Shown piece after piece: positions 27,733 through 40,600 of a DNA stretch of 64,000 nt. The notes under the pieces are model-generated. The model had not been told where the DNA came from. It made no database searches and saw only the letters and a list, made by a program, of their open reading frames with translations. This stretch comes from Podarcis gaigeae. Lineage: Eukaryota. The stretch's first letter is position 1. Every line of letters starts with the position of its first letter. Made by a program: the position numbers and the translations under genes. The stretch lies in assembly GCA_964106915.2 (NCBI GenBank), contig OZ066921.1; one strand, 5' to 3'.

Positions 27733-30700
27733 GTACAGCAGATGCACAAAACCTGCGCCCGTCTTGGTTATTTGGGAAAGACAGTCCGGGAGCCGATGAG
27801 GCGTAGTGACTGGAGTGTTGGATTTGGACTGGGGAGGCCTGGAGGCTGATGGGTTTGGGCAGGAAGCATACTTGGCACCTTGGGGCAAGTCAGGAATTTT
27901 CCAATTAAGCTCCCTGGCAGAATAAAACAGGATTTCTGCCATGTGTGCTACCCTAAACCCCAAAGAGTGAAACAGATTGGAACCCAATGGGTTAGTTAAG
28001 TAGGTATTTAAAATGTAAATGTATTTAATTTGTAATCACTTTTTGATTGGAGTCCCCAAAGCAACATTAATAAAATATGACTTTTTAAAAAATGAAAAAA
28101 AGGATCCATATGGATATTGGAAACAGAATGCTAAAATAATTAATTCTAAGAGGAAGCAAAACACAGAAGCCAAGAGAAGCAAACACACCTTCCACATGTG
28201 GAAACTGGAGACTGTTTAGTTTCTTGGAACATGGGTGGGGAGGACAAAGTGGGTGGAGTTTTGAGTGGGGCCAAGACCTGAGCAGACCTGTGGTGGTGTC
28301 TGTCTGCCGCCTCCTCCTCCTCCTCCTGGTTCTCTCTTACGAGGCTTGCTATGGGGTTTATTTGGAGGCAGGGGTCTGTATGGAAAGGGACAGTTCAGCT
28401 GAAGTAGGATTAGTTGTACAGTATAGCAATGTCTTTGTCTGCTCGCCTCTCTCTGATCATTAACATACACATCCCGGTTGATAGGATAGGATAAAAGCAG
28501 GGGGTGTCTTCATGTAGATACTAATGCTGAGCCAGTGACTTATTGCAGGATTTGTCATAATAAGGGTTTAGTGTTGAGTTGGCAAAATCTGTTCCTCCTT
28601 TTGCTGTGAATCCTCACATAGGGTGTGGTGATCATCCCCCTCCCTCCCTGTCTCCTTAGCTTTTGGTTTTATGTTCATTGTCCCTTGATGGTGTATGTTG
28701 ATTTGGAGGCAAGTGAGAAATGAGAGTGCTGAGAGGCTGTTTAGTTCTGCCACTCTTTTGCAGGAACTATGTGTTTGGTCCTAAGATTGTTACAATCCAG
28801 ATGAAGACAGTAGGAATGGTAAAAACCCTAACAGTGCTGCCTTTGAATTCTGGAAGTAAGAATTTTGCAGTAGTGTAACTGGCCATAATATTATTTTAAG
28901 ATGCTACTTTAAAAAGTACTCTGTTTATCATATGAAATAGAAAGAGACTATTTGAATGAGAGTTGATGTGTTGCTTCTAAAAAGCCTTTTTAACAACCCG
29001 AAATTTCCACATTTTCCACAGTATTTTTTTTTTGGGGGGGGTGTCAACTGGCTTTCTCTCCCCTTTCATCTGAAAGGAAGTCCATCATTGCCCTATGAAT
29101 TCTGTTGAAAGTTCCATGCCGTGCACTTGATATGCAGCTGCTTATTCTTTGGAAAAGCCCATGTGCAAAAGGCAAAGGACATTCCATGTGAAGTTTGCAG
29201 TGGAAACTTGAACTCCAAACTATGTCAGCAGTGCACTAGCAAAAGCTAGTCTGAAACTGTGTCCCTTTGCTGGAGGGATTCAAGATGGTGTATGTGTGCA
29301 GACTTTGAGTCCCTTCTTTCAGGTTGAGCCATTGACCTTGTTCACACACCGTGTAAAGCCGTAAGCCATGGTTTGCTGTGCATAAGCAAATCACTCCTCT
29401 CAGCGTACACTGAGAGGAAACAAACCATGATCACTGGCTTAAATATGGGATACTGTGATATGTGGGCTTCCTCCACCTATTTCACTCCCATTTTTGCTCC
29501 TCCGTTTTCTTTCAATGCTGAACTTGTGGTTTACTGGCTAAGTACTTTTTTAAAGTAGATTTTCCAGCTGCAGAAATTCCCTGTCAGACATGCCACACCA
29601 TAAAAGAAAAGCCAAATGAACACAAAGCATTTTTTTCTCCTATGTGCTGTGTTAGTGGCGGTTTCTCCACAGGATTCAGTATTGATTATTCATTTATGAA
29701 TTTGCCTTAGTGTAGTAAATAACAGATGCAAAACCAGGAGTACTTTAAGGGGATTTACAAGCATATAATGTAGTGTTGTTTGCCCAAAGATGAAGGTGAA
29801 GAAGAATAGGAGGTTCTGGCCAAAAAGAAGGTGTTTTAATATGGCTTGGCTAATTTTGTTTTAAGTATAGAAATGGAGTGCATTCCATCCTTATATAATT
29901 TGTATACATGCTGCTCGTGACATTACCTATCATATAAGTGCCTAATAAACACATATGCACATTGTCAGTTTTCTAATGGCACATTTTCCCCACATGTTGT
30001 GCCTTACTGCACCCTAAATACCCCTTGTTATTTGACCTCCCTCCAAAAGGAAGAATTGATGCCAGGAGAGAGTTACAGTTCAGCTCTTCTGGCTTCCCTT
30101 TCTCTGGTCTTCTGAGCCTTAATTGCCTGAGCTTGCCCAGACATATCAGAGTGAGGAGGTGCTCCCTGTTTTGTGCTGATTTGGAAGTTGCAGCGAGTCC
30201 CATTTCTCCCCTTTGTGAGGCCTCACAACAAAGTGCTTCAGTGAAGAAGCGTGAGGAGAGAGTGTGCACGGAAGAGAGAGCATTAAAGCAAGATGGCAAC
30301 ACGGCTATGACCAGGAGGGGCGAAGAGCACTGCAGACAGAAAAGAGTGAGTGAGGGGCACGGGGTGGAGGGGGAAAGAATAAGTAAGCAGAAAATGAGTT
30401 CTGCACAGAAGCTTATAAAGTGGAACTGGGTGGCATCTTCAGAAGAGCCTTTGACTTTGGTGGGGGTTGCTTGTCTGTTTCCTTACCAGACAGGATAGTA
30501 GTTAGAATGCCAGATGTGGACACAGGAAGCCTCCATTCAAGTCTCCACCTATTATGCAAGCAGCTTGCTTCTTGACTTTGGGCTAGCCGCTTTCTCTCTT
30601 ACTGTAGCCTGTAGGGTGGTTGACAGGGGGAAAGGCAGAATAGAAATAAAAAGGTAGAATAAATGGTGTATGAGCATCAGAAAGAGTGTTGGATGAGCAG

Positions 30701-30888
30701 CTGGACATACTGAAATAGTTTATCCTTCTGCAGACATTTGCTTAAAAGTATTGTAGGGAAAAAAAGAATGTTTTAACAAGCCAGCTACACCTGCTGCTTG
30801 ATGTTTGTAGTGGGACCGGAGTACTCATGCTTTCCCTTTTAATAGAACCACACAAGTGTAACATTTGCAAGGAGTTATTAACTATATT

Positions 30889-31251
30889 GGGGACGCAGGT
30901 GGCGCTGTGGGTTAAAGCCTCAGCGCCTAGGACTTGCCGATCGAAAGGTCAGCGGTTCGAATCCCTGCGGCAGGGTGCGCTCCCGCTGCTCGGTCCCAGC
31001 GCCTGCCAACCTAGCAGTTCGAAAGCACCTCCGGGTGCAAGTAGATAAATAGGGACCGCTTACCAGCGGGAAGGTAAACAGCGTTTCCGTGTGCGGCTCT
31101 GGCTCGCCAGATGCAGCTTTGTCACGCTGGCCACGTGACCCGGAAGTGTCTCCGGACAGCGCTGGCCCCTGGCCTCTTGAGTGAGATGGGCGCACAACCC
31201 CAGAGTCTGTCAAGACTGGCCCGTACGGGCAGGGGTACCTTTACCTTTACC
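30889..31251 (+). mobile_element. Sauria SINE (Squam1-type), full length
   Basis: gggacgcaggtggcgctgtgggttaaa head, ggttcgaatcc B box, (ACCTTT)n tail, flanking direct repeat TATTAACTATATTGGG (30876-91 and 31252-67). Confidence 0.92.
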
Positions 31252-34038
31252 TATTAACTATATTGGGTGCAGGACATACAATTAGGTGATGTGGAATGAT
31301 GACTATGAGATGACCCTTCTAAAAAAGGCTGGCACATCAGTTGACAGCTCTTAATGTTGGCCTTGTTAGAGCCCTTTCATTTTTATCCTTGGAGGTCTGA
31401 AATGGACTTTACATCCAGGTCAGGGTTGGTAAGACATGCATCTGTTTCCTCCCAGGTATTAGTTCCCAGGTTTTTCTCAGGTGTCTCTCCTGGGCTCAGC
31501 ACAGACTATGGGAAATCATGAAGCAATGGGTGGGTATGTCACCTGCTTGAGACATGTGCAGAGAAAGCAGCACAGGGTAATTATAATTTGCTGTTACTAT
31601 TTTGACTGGTTTTTAATTGGTGTGATTTTATCTTGATATTATTTGACTACCTGTCAGAAACTGCAGCGTTGCTATTGTTGCTGTTTTTAATCACCTTTCA
31701 CATCTCTCAGGGTGATATATAATCCTACAATATACTGAATCAGACCCATGGATCCACCTGACTCCATACTGTCTGCACTGACTGGTAGTCATGCTCCATG
31801 GTTTCACACAGGGATATTCCTTGGCTATTTCAGACTGGATGTGATGGCTGTTAATGAAGCAAGCGCCTGCAAGTGTAGTGCATGCATTGCAGAGATGAAG
31901 GTCTTGCCCTTGTCTATCTATTTTCTGTTCTGTAAGCATGTAAAAATATATCTGTACTGACAGAAGGCATACACTAAATGCCTTATCAATTAATATTCAA
32001 GCCATGGTCCTGTGATTACCTTAAGTCAGTCAATAAATAATTAAAATTTTGTAATTCCAACCCTACATAACAGTTCAATATTGATTCACCTGAATGTTCC
32101 ACTTCTGTTTCTTTTACCAAACAACAACATGATCACTTTCAGGATGTTTTTATATGTACTTTGTATATATGTAACCACCTAGACTATATTTTATATAGAA
32201 AGTCAGGGCAGAATGTCAGAAATAAATATGAGTATGAGCTGTACCAAAATGTTGCAGTGTATCCTTAGTGTTTGCTTGGTGTACAGTGGAAAGCCAGAAG
32301 TTCCTCTTCCAGGCATTAACTTTTGTTGCTTTATTATTTTTTCCTTGTCTTTATGCCTTCAATATTCTGAAGCTCCCAGGGCTGATTGTTGTTGTTTAAA
32401 GTCTTTTAAAGTTGGGTGCTTGCATACTTTTTATTTTCTGGTGGCCCAGTTTTACCTGTAAAGCAATTAGCACTTGACTATCCAAGTTTGTTCTTTGAGA
32501 GTATGATGTGCATTGGGATTGAATAGCATTTTGGTTGGCTGTAGTGAGACAAATGTTTAAATAACAAAAATTAAACAACCTTCCCTAGCATAAAGATTCA
32601 GAAGTGTAAAAAACTTCATCTATGTCTCTCTGTCATACAGCTGTTAACAGCTCAGGAGCTCTTCTTGGAAGCAAAGGAATGACCCTGCCTATAATGCGCA
32701 TTCACACACAAACCCCAGTTTAGAAGAGGGCATTAAGATAAATCCCTCCTCTGAAAGAGTACGATGTGTGCCTCATTTCAAACAGTCAAGGGCAGATTTG
32801 ATGCTTTCCTTTTTTGGCCATTGCCTCTATTGTTAGGAGGCTGACCCAGATCTTTTGTCTCCAATCTTGAGTGTGCTATGGCTGCAGAAGTAATGGAGGA
32901 AGTTATGTAAGGTAATCTAAGGAATTCTCCCTGCCCCAGCCTGCAAGGCAAGGCCTGCTGCCCAGCATTGCTTTTTTTTGCCCTCTGACACCTCTTGGAG
33001 CTGCTGAACCTCTGGAGCAACCTGGCTATCTGGCAGTGGGATCTGGGAGCTCTTTCCAGAGCTATGTGCCTGGTCCAAACACGAGTAGTATCTAGCACTA
33101 GCAGCAGAGACTTTAAGGGAACCCTGCAATGCCAACTTCTTATGAACAGCTGGTGCCAATAATATGTGGTGTAGTGATGCTATCCTAAAGTTGTTGGTCA
33201 TATAACTATTTCCTAGATAGATATTTCTTCATTTGTCATTAGCTGTTTATTTCTCATATGTAGTGGCCCCTTTTTGCTCTCCATTCTTTGCTCCTTTCAC
33301 AAACCAACCAGCTGTTGGGTGGAGGGAGGGAGATAGTATTTATTTTTAGTTGCCCACAGAACAACTTGGGTATTTTCGACTTTGCAGAATCATAGGTTCT
33401 GTCTTCTGTGTGTTTTTCTTTCTTGCTTATGGTGACAGGAATTCAGACTGCTGTGAGTGAAGAGCTCCTCCACCTGGGGCACAGAGGCAGTGTGGTATTT
33501 ATCTCTTCTCCATGCTTGTGTGGTCATTGTGTGCATCCCACTTGCCAAACTTCTTCAGGGAGTTTTGGGCAGCAAGAAGTGGTGATGTGGCATCTCTGTC
33601 TTTTCTGTCTTACTATGCCATCTCCCCGAGATGCGTACTTACGTCGCTGTGCTTGGAAAGCTGTTTCTCTGTGCTTTTCTGTAAGATCGGAGGCCATTAT
33701 TTCCATGTGCGAATGAATAATGTTTTCTTAAAATATGAAACAACCTAGGCTTCACTCAGACATACTCATTTTTGTTAGGTAAAGATGGGAAGGTACAGTA
33801 GCTGTGCCTGTCCATTAAAATAATTCTAAAATCAAAACATTAGGGTAACAATTTTCATTATATCCCAACTAAAAAGTCACAAAGCAGTAATCATATTTTT
33901 ACATTCTGCAGAGCTAGATATTCATTGAAAGGGAAAAAAGCTATTTTGCGGAGGGTGGGGAGAGAGAAAAGCATATGTCCCCTAGGGTATGCGGAAAATG
34001 TTGTGAAGTCTGAATTTTGCAACAGTTCATTTGAAGTA

Positions 34039-34227
34039 CAGTCATACCTTGGATCCTAAACGCCCTGGAAATTGCACGTTTTGGCTCCCCAACGCCGCAA
34101 ACCTGGAAGTGATTGTTCCAGTTTGCAAATGTTCTTTTGGAACCCGAACGTCCAATGGGGTTTCAAATGTTTTGGAAGTCAAACGGACTTCTGGAACGGA
34201 TTCTGTTCAACTTCCAAGGTATGACCA
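34039..34227. mobile_element. Tc1/mariner MITE
   Basis: TA-CAGTCATACCTTGG...CCAAGGTATGAC; family shared with 14465-14616. Confidence 0.7.
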
Positions 34228-34322
34228 TACATGAGCGGTTATGCAGACTTTGACAACTTTGCTTATCTGGGAGTAATCTCCATTGCAATTAGTAAGGCTT
34301 ACTTTTGAGTAGACACGTATAG

Positions 34323-34324
<2 letters not shown>

Positions 34325-34371
<47 letters not shown>
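34325..34371. repeat. (TAA)n microsatellite
   Basis: ~15 TAA units. Confidence 0.95.
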
Positions 34372-34836
34372 GTTGCACAACATTAGGTGACAAAGCAGAT
34401 TTCAAGTTGCCCCATGGGCTGTAAGGCCAAAGAGAGGACAATTTACCATTTGAGAATATAAATTTGGGCCAACCTCTTAGCAACTGCTGAGGGTAAATAT
34501 CTAACATGCAAGGTAATTTTTCTTTGACTTCAGCAGCATCACAGCATTCCTTTCTTTGGTCAACATGCTAATGTTGGGCTTTGTTGGCTGATGGCTCTGC
34601 CCAGAGTTTTGGTGGGAGAAATAGCCCGTGGCCTCCGCATACCCACCAACAATCCTTCCTGCAATAATGCTTGGCAGGTGCATTTCATCTTGCATCAGAA
34701 GATCTTGCTTTGCAGTTTGTACTGTTCACGGCCCTTCATGGTGTAGCACTCCGCTTCATCACATGCTAATCTTCCCCTCATCTCATCCCTGCCTGGCACC
34801 TGCTCTGCTTGTTAATAATTTCCTGCTTTGTTGCAG

Positions 34837-35033
34837 AGGGAAGATTCTTCAGTGGAAAACGGCCCAGCTTGCCGGGGGCACGTCAGCTTCCCATGGTACA
34901 GAAGTTGGTGGACTCTTTGGCCCAGCTACAAGAGGAAAAGTTGCAGCTGCAGCAAGAGTTGTTGCTGCTGCAGGAAAAGCTTTCTGCGCAAGAGAGCAGC
35001 CAACTCAGTCAGACTGTACAGCTGCAGAACCAG
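34837..35033 (+). CDS. KIFC3: KIFC3 exon (GRFFSGKR...[16 protein letters not shown]...LQNQ); first in-frame ATG at 34893
   Basis: ttgcag| acceptor, CAG|gtatgt donor; coiled-coil heptads. Confidence 0.82.
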
Positions 35034-37585
35034 GTATGTTGTCATTCAGGCTCCTTGTAGCGGGACAACATGCATCTCTGCTAGCTATTTTTCTGGGAGC
35101 AGCTTGTGGAATCCTTGCCTCATCCTGGATGGCATTCTAGATTAGTCATCCCATCCCAGGATTTGTGTCAGTAAAGTAATTGCGTCATTATAGGACCCCC
35201 CCCCAAAAAAAAAATACATGGAGAGACCATGCTGTGTGCTTGTGATGTTTTTTTCTGCAAAAGCAGTACCTGTGTGTAGTACTTTTTTGAATTCCCTAGT
35301 AAGAAACTTTAGAATGGACCTTTAAGAGCACTTCACAATCTGCTCAGTATTTTACCATCCTGAATAAGTTCATGCCATCCACAAATTTGGATACTTGCAG
35401 TTTTAGAACAAAAATAAGAAGGCTTAATCTTACCCTACCCCACTAAAAGGTAAACACCAAAACAGGCCAGAATCTTTCCACATCACGATTAAATTAAGAT
35501 CCTTAAACAGTGAAAAGTAATGTTTCCACCCAGTGAGCTGACATTGTTGGCTGCAGGAGGGTTTCTCTGGGGAAAGCATTCCACAATTGGGGAATCACCA
35601 CTGAAAATGCCTTTTGAACTTGTGTTTCAAAAAAGACCCTTAGCATTCACTTTTTCAGTGTGGTCTTAAATAAGCCTTTTTCTTTCCCTCCCTCTCTCTT
35701 TTAGTGTGGTTTAAAGCTAACCTACAAACTGTTTTGTACTGTTTCTGCTATGGACAAATACTGTATTTATTCTTAATTGTTCTATTATTTTAAATAAGCC
35801 ACCTGTATAGTTTTATTGATGGTCAGTCTTATAAATTTAAGAAACTTAACTGTCAAGTACATCTGTTTTCCTTCCAACGTGGAAGTGTTATGTATTTAAA
35901 GCTACCTTTCTGCGTTGGTAGACAGAAAGTCTGAAGGACCAACTCCTGGAGCAAGCACAGGAAATGAACAGGCTCCATTCCGTGTTGGTGAGCTACATAA
36001 GCTTCTTTGCACTGCTAACATCTCTGAAAGACTTTCTTCCATAATACATGTATCATGAAAACATTTACATGTAGGCTAAACTATAAACAGAGGAAGTAAC
36101 TGCTGTTGAACTCCTTTCTGAGTAGGAATGCATGTTACGGCAACAATACTTGTGTGTGTGTGTGTGTGCGCGCGCGCACGTATGTACAGCTTTGGATTTC
36201 TTTACCCCAACTAGGGGATGGTGCTCATGTATGTGACTAAAATTGTTCTGAATGGCTTTTGCAATTATGTGAAGCAAAACCCTGAAGGTGGCTTAGCACA
36301 AGGTTACAAGTTTTGCAAGTTAAATGTGGTGAATTTGACCCACATTGACCTCCATGTTTCGTGAGGTCTCCCCAAAAAAGCATTGCAAGCAACCTGTTTG
36401 CTGGTGTTTATGGAAATTCAACATGCTCCTATAAACAGCTGAGTTCATCACACTTTGCTTATTGATTTGGCCTAGGCAGGAAGGACTGTGGATTCTCCCA
36501 CTCTTGAGTTACTTTGCTGAAATCCCCCTCCTTCCCATTGGAAAGGTTAATCCTGTTATCATGCAGATTTTCTCTTAGTGTTTATAATCCTTGCTTTACA
36601 GTAGTGATATGCTCCCCATCATAAAGATGTGCAAGTTCAGTTCTTTCCGCCTGATAAGAATTTCTTCTTGATGCTGGGGGTGGGGAAGCACAGGGCCACT
36701 CCATTTGGAAACACCTGAGGGAGATGTATAAGCTTAGAGACCCTGCCTGGTGTCTGCTTTTCTGAAGGAAAAAAGAGCTGAAGAGGAGTTGCCCATAAAC
36801 AGCAGGAACCAAAATGCACCCAGCATTGAAAAACACATGCAGGAAACAAAATGAATATGTAATAAGTACAACACAGATATGTTAATAATTGAATAACAAA
36901 AGCAATAGTCCACACAATGCAAAATGCCAAGTGTACAAATTATAAGGGTGTTACCAGCACTGGTGGGTGTGAAGGAAAATGGCAATTAACCCACCTACAC
37001 ACAGTACTGCTAGATCAATTCAACTAAATTTATTGAGAGAGTTTGCAAACAAAGTGTAGCCGGTGAGTCATTTTTCTGGGAACGTAGGGAGATGCCTTGT
37101 GCCACAACAGCCCATTGGTCTATCTAGCTCAGTGTTGTCCACACTGACTGGCCATGGCTTTCTGCAAGAAAAGCATGCGCTTTGCCTCTGAGCTATATTC
37201 CTTCCTCTGACTGGGACCCTCTAGAAGTCTCCTGGTGTCTTCAAAAGACAGTATTCCTGCATCTAATAGTCTAGATACTTACTAATTTGACTGCACCCAA
37301 ACAAAAAATAGAGGCAACAAATTTATAATTAAAGCCAATTTAATTATAAGAGTGAATGTGGGATGTTAACTGCACATCCAATCAGATCTCATAGTAAGCA
37401 TTCCTTTTTTTGAATTTATTTATATTAATTAGGCACAGGTGACAGTGCTTCTGTAGCTGGTAACTTATTAGAGGAGGAATGATCCACTCATATATATATA
37501 TTGCCTGTTTGTTCTGCTCAAACAAATGGCATGTTTTTGAACATAGATACCTTTGGGAGTTGGTGGGGTGGAAACTTTTTTTATA

Positions 37586-37618
<33 letters not shown>

Positions 37619-40600
37619 CACTGTTAATTTTTTCAGTGGAAAACTTTCAAGCTTTTCTTGTGATTTCCCTCAGGTCCAGTAGGTGTCTTGGTAGTTAAAG
37701 TAGTAAAATTGCTCATAATGCATAGGTTCCTCTAACACCCTGCCTGCCTCCCATGCCCTTTTTTTAGGGTGGCACAGATCTGGAGAAGCACCGGGACCTT
37801 TTGGTTGCAGAAAATGTGCGTCTGAAACAAGAGATGAAGATGTGTGAGGCGCAACTGCAGGAGCTCAAGAAGAAGCATCCTGTGAAATGCGTGAACTGCG
37901 AGCACAGCCAGGTAAAAAGAGTTGCTTCTTCTTTCTGCTGGGGTGGGGCTGCAGGCTGCTCAGCTGCAGTCATGTTCATTATATGCTATATTCATTCCTC
38001 CCTGTTTACTACTCAGGAGAATGTGAAGTTGCAGGAAAAGCTGGCCCAACTAAAGCAAGAAGCAGAAGAGGTGAAAGGGCGCCTGTCGGAGCTGGACCTA
38101 GAAGTGGAGCAGAAAACCAATCGCCTGGCTGAGGTGGAGCTCCGGCTGAAAGACTCCCTAGCAGAGAAGGCAGAGGAAGAAGAGCGGCTCAGCCGCAGAC
38201 TGAGGGATAGCCAGGAGACAATAGCCAGCCTCAAAGCCCAGCCTCAGCAGATTAAGGTGAGGCAGAATAGCTTGCTGTGAAGGCTTTAGTCCATGAGTTT
38301 CCTCAAAGTGAAACTGCTTGAAGAGTCATCAGTCCCCAGAAGAGCTTCAGTCAGAGATCCAGAGTATCTCTTATAAGCTGCCCTCAAGTAGAGTTGTAGA
38401 GTGGGAAAGGACCCTAAAAGTAATCTATAATGAACTGTGGCCGTGTCTCACTTCTGTAGCTGTGTTTCTTGCTTTTCCTCCCCCAGTATGTAATCAAGAC
38501 TGTGGAAGTCGAGTCCTCAAAGACCAAGCAGGCCCTCTGTGAAGCCCAGTCCCGGAACCAGTACTTGCAAGACCAAGTTGGGATGCAGAGACAGGTGCTG
38601 AAAGAGATGGAACAGCAGCTGCAGAACTCTCAGAAAGCAGCAGTGCAGCTCAGAGCTCAGGTGAGCACTTTCTGAGTGTAGAAAAAGAGAGAGAGGCAGA
38701 GCTCAGGCAACTTGTTCAAAATGATGCAGGTGGAAAGAACAGGAAGCGCTAAGGGTGCTTCTTCATTTGTTGGTGCTTTCTTCTCTGCTTTTGGTCCCTT
38801 GCAAGAGACTTATGCATTCTTTAGCTTCTAGGTCCCCCTCTTGCTGTACTTCTGCAGCAGTATCCTCTTCCTCCTCTCTGGGCTCTCTACCTGCTGCTCC
38901 AGGGCCCTCTTTCCAGTTCTCTCTCTCAAGCCTCACTGGTGTGCCCAGGGAGGATCATTTGCAACCTGGCCCTGGGTCCTAATACCTTCCTATCAGCAGC
39001 AGAAGGCACTCTCTTGATGGATGTTAGAGGAGGGATAGGGGAGAAATTCCATTAAGTTTGCATTTAAAGGCAAACCTGCCACATTCATGCTCCCTGAAAC
39101 CATACATGAACTGAAACAGTTGTCCTTTGAAATTCTCACAATTCTCATATTTTTAGTATGGTTCTCTACCAAGTAATGTGTACAAAAATTCATATACTAG
39201 GATAATGTTTGCACACAAATGCATATATCTCTGAAAATAACATACAAATATAATTTTATTAGGGGAAATTGCACACAAAAATGTGTGTCATAAGAAGAAA
39301 TTCAGGTTAAAATGCTGGTGGATGTTCATAAGATTATTACAGTGGTACCTCGGGTTACATACGCTTCAGGTTACATTCGCTTCAGGTTATAGACTCCACT
39401 AACCCAGAAATATTACCTCGGGTTAAGTACTTTGCTTCAGGATGAGAACAGAAATCATGCTCCAGCGGCGTGGCGGCAGCAGGAGGCCCCATTAGCTAAA
39501 GTGGTGCTTCAGGTTAAGAACAATTTCAGGTTAAGAACAGACCTCCAGAACGAATTAAGTTCTTAGCCCTAGGTACCACTGTATTATTTTAAAAAAACTG
39601 CAAACCCATGTAGAAATGTGGGTAACTGAACATAAGATTGGAAAAATGAAAAAAAGAGAGGAACTGATTGGAGAGATTTGCCTGCCCTAGAGGGGAGGGA
39701 AAGTGGTAGCCTGGCCTCTTTACCCTGACAGGTTCCTTTGCTGTGTTTCCTAGGTTACGTTGTATGAGTCTGAGTTGGAGCGGGCCCACGAGCAGATGCT
39801 GGAGGAGATGCAGAACATGGAGGAGGACAAGAATCGAGCCATTGAAGAAGCATTTGCTCGAGCCCAGGTAGAAATGAAAGCTGTCCACGAGAACCTGGCA
39901 GGTGAGTATCTTCAAGCTGGCCAAACATTTCTCTCAAGGGCCTGGTTTGGCTTTTGAAGAAGCAGCTGCCTTCAGTTCAGAGATCATTTGAACCAGCATC
40001 TGCCTTAATGGTGGTTTTGTTTAAGGAGGAGAAACGCTTTTTGCAAATGAAAATGGGAAAATGTATGAGTCTGTAGCATTGCCTTAATGTACATTTATTC
40101 ATCTCCGTAGGAGTGAGGACAAATCTCCTGACTCTCCAGCCAGCTCTTCGAACCCTTACAAATGATTACAATAGCCTGAAGCGGCAGGTCAAAGAATTTC
40201 CTGTTCTTCTCCAAGAAGCCCTACAGAGTGCCAAGGCTGAGGTCAGTCCAGCAGCAAGATTGTCCTACTTCCAAATCTCAGGGCTGATTCCCGTCCTCTA
40301 AATGGTGTGGTGCTGCACCTTCCCTGTTAGTTGTAAAGTTCCTTTTTAATTATGAGTGGCTCAGTTGAGGTGGGAAGATCTGGATGAGATGAGGAGGAGT
40401 AAGATTCTCCACCTCGCAGAGTGTGACATATTCCCCTTAACTCTTTTGTCCTTTCTTCAAAGATTGGCCAAGCCATTGAAGAGGTCAACAGTACAAATGA
40501 GGAGCTCCTGAGGAAATACCGCAGAGAACTGCAGCTCCGGAAGAAATGTCACAATGAACTTGTGCGGTTGAAAGGTCTGTGGGTCCCTATGTATGGGTTC

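Noticed and set aside
33020-33070. WDLGA peptide resembling the KIFC3 TWNLGA start motif
   Set aside because: Wrong position relative to the expected exon order (downstream of the 27576 exon), with no suitable ATG or splice sites; likely chance.
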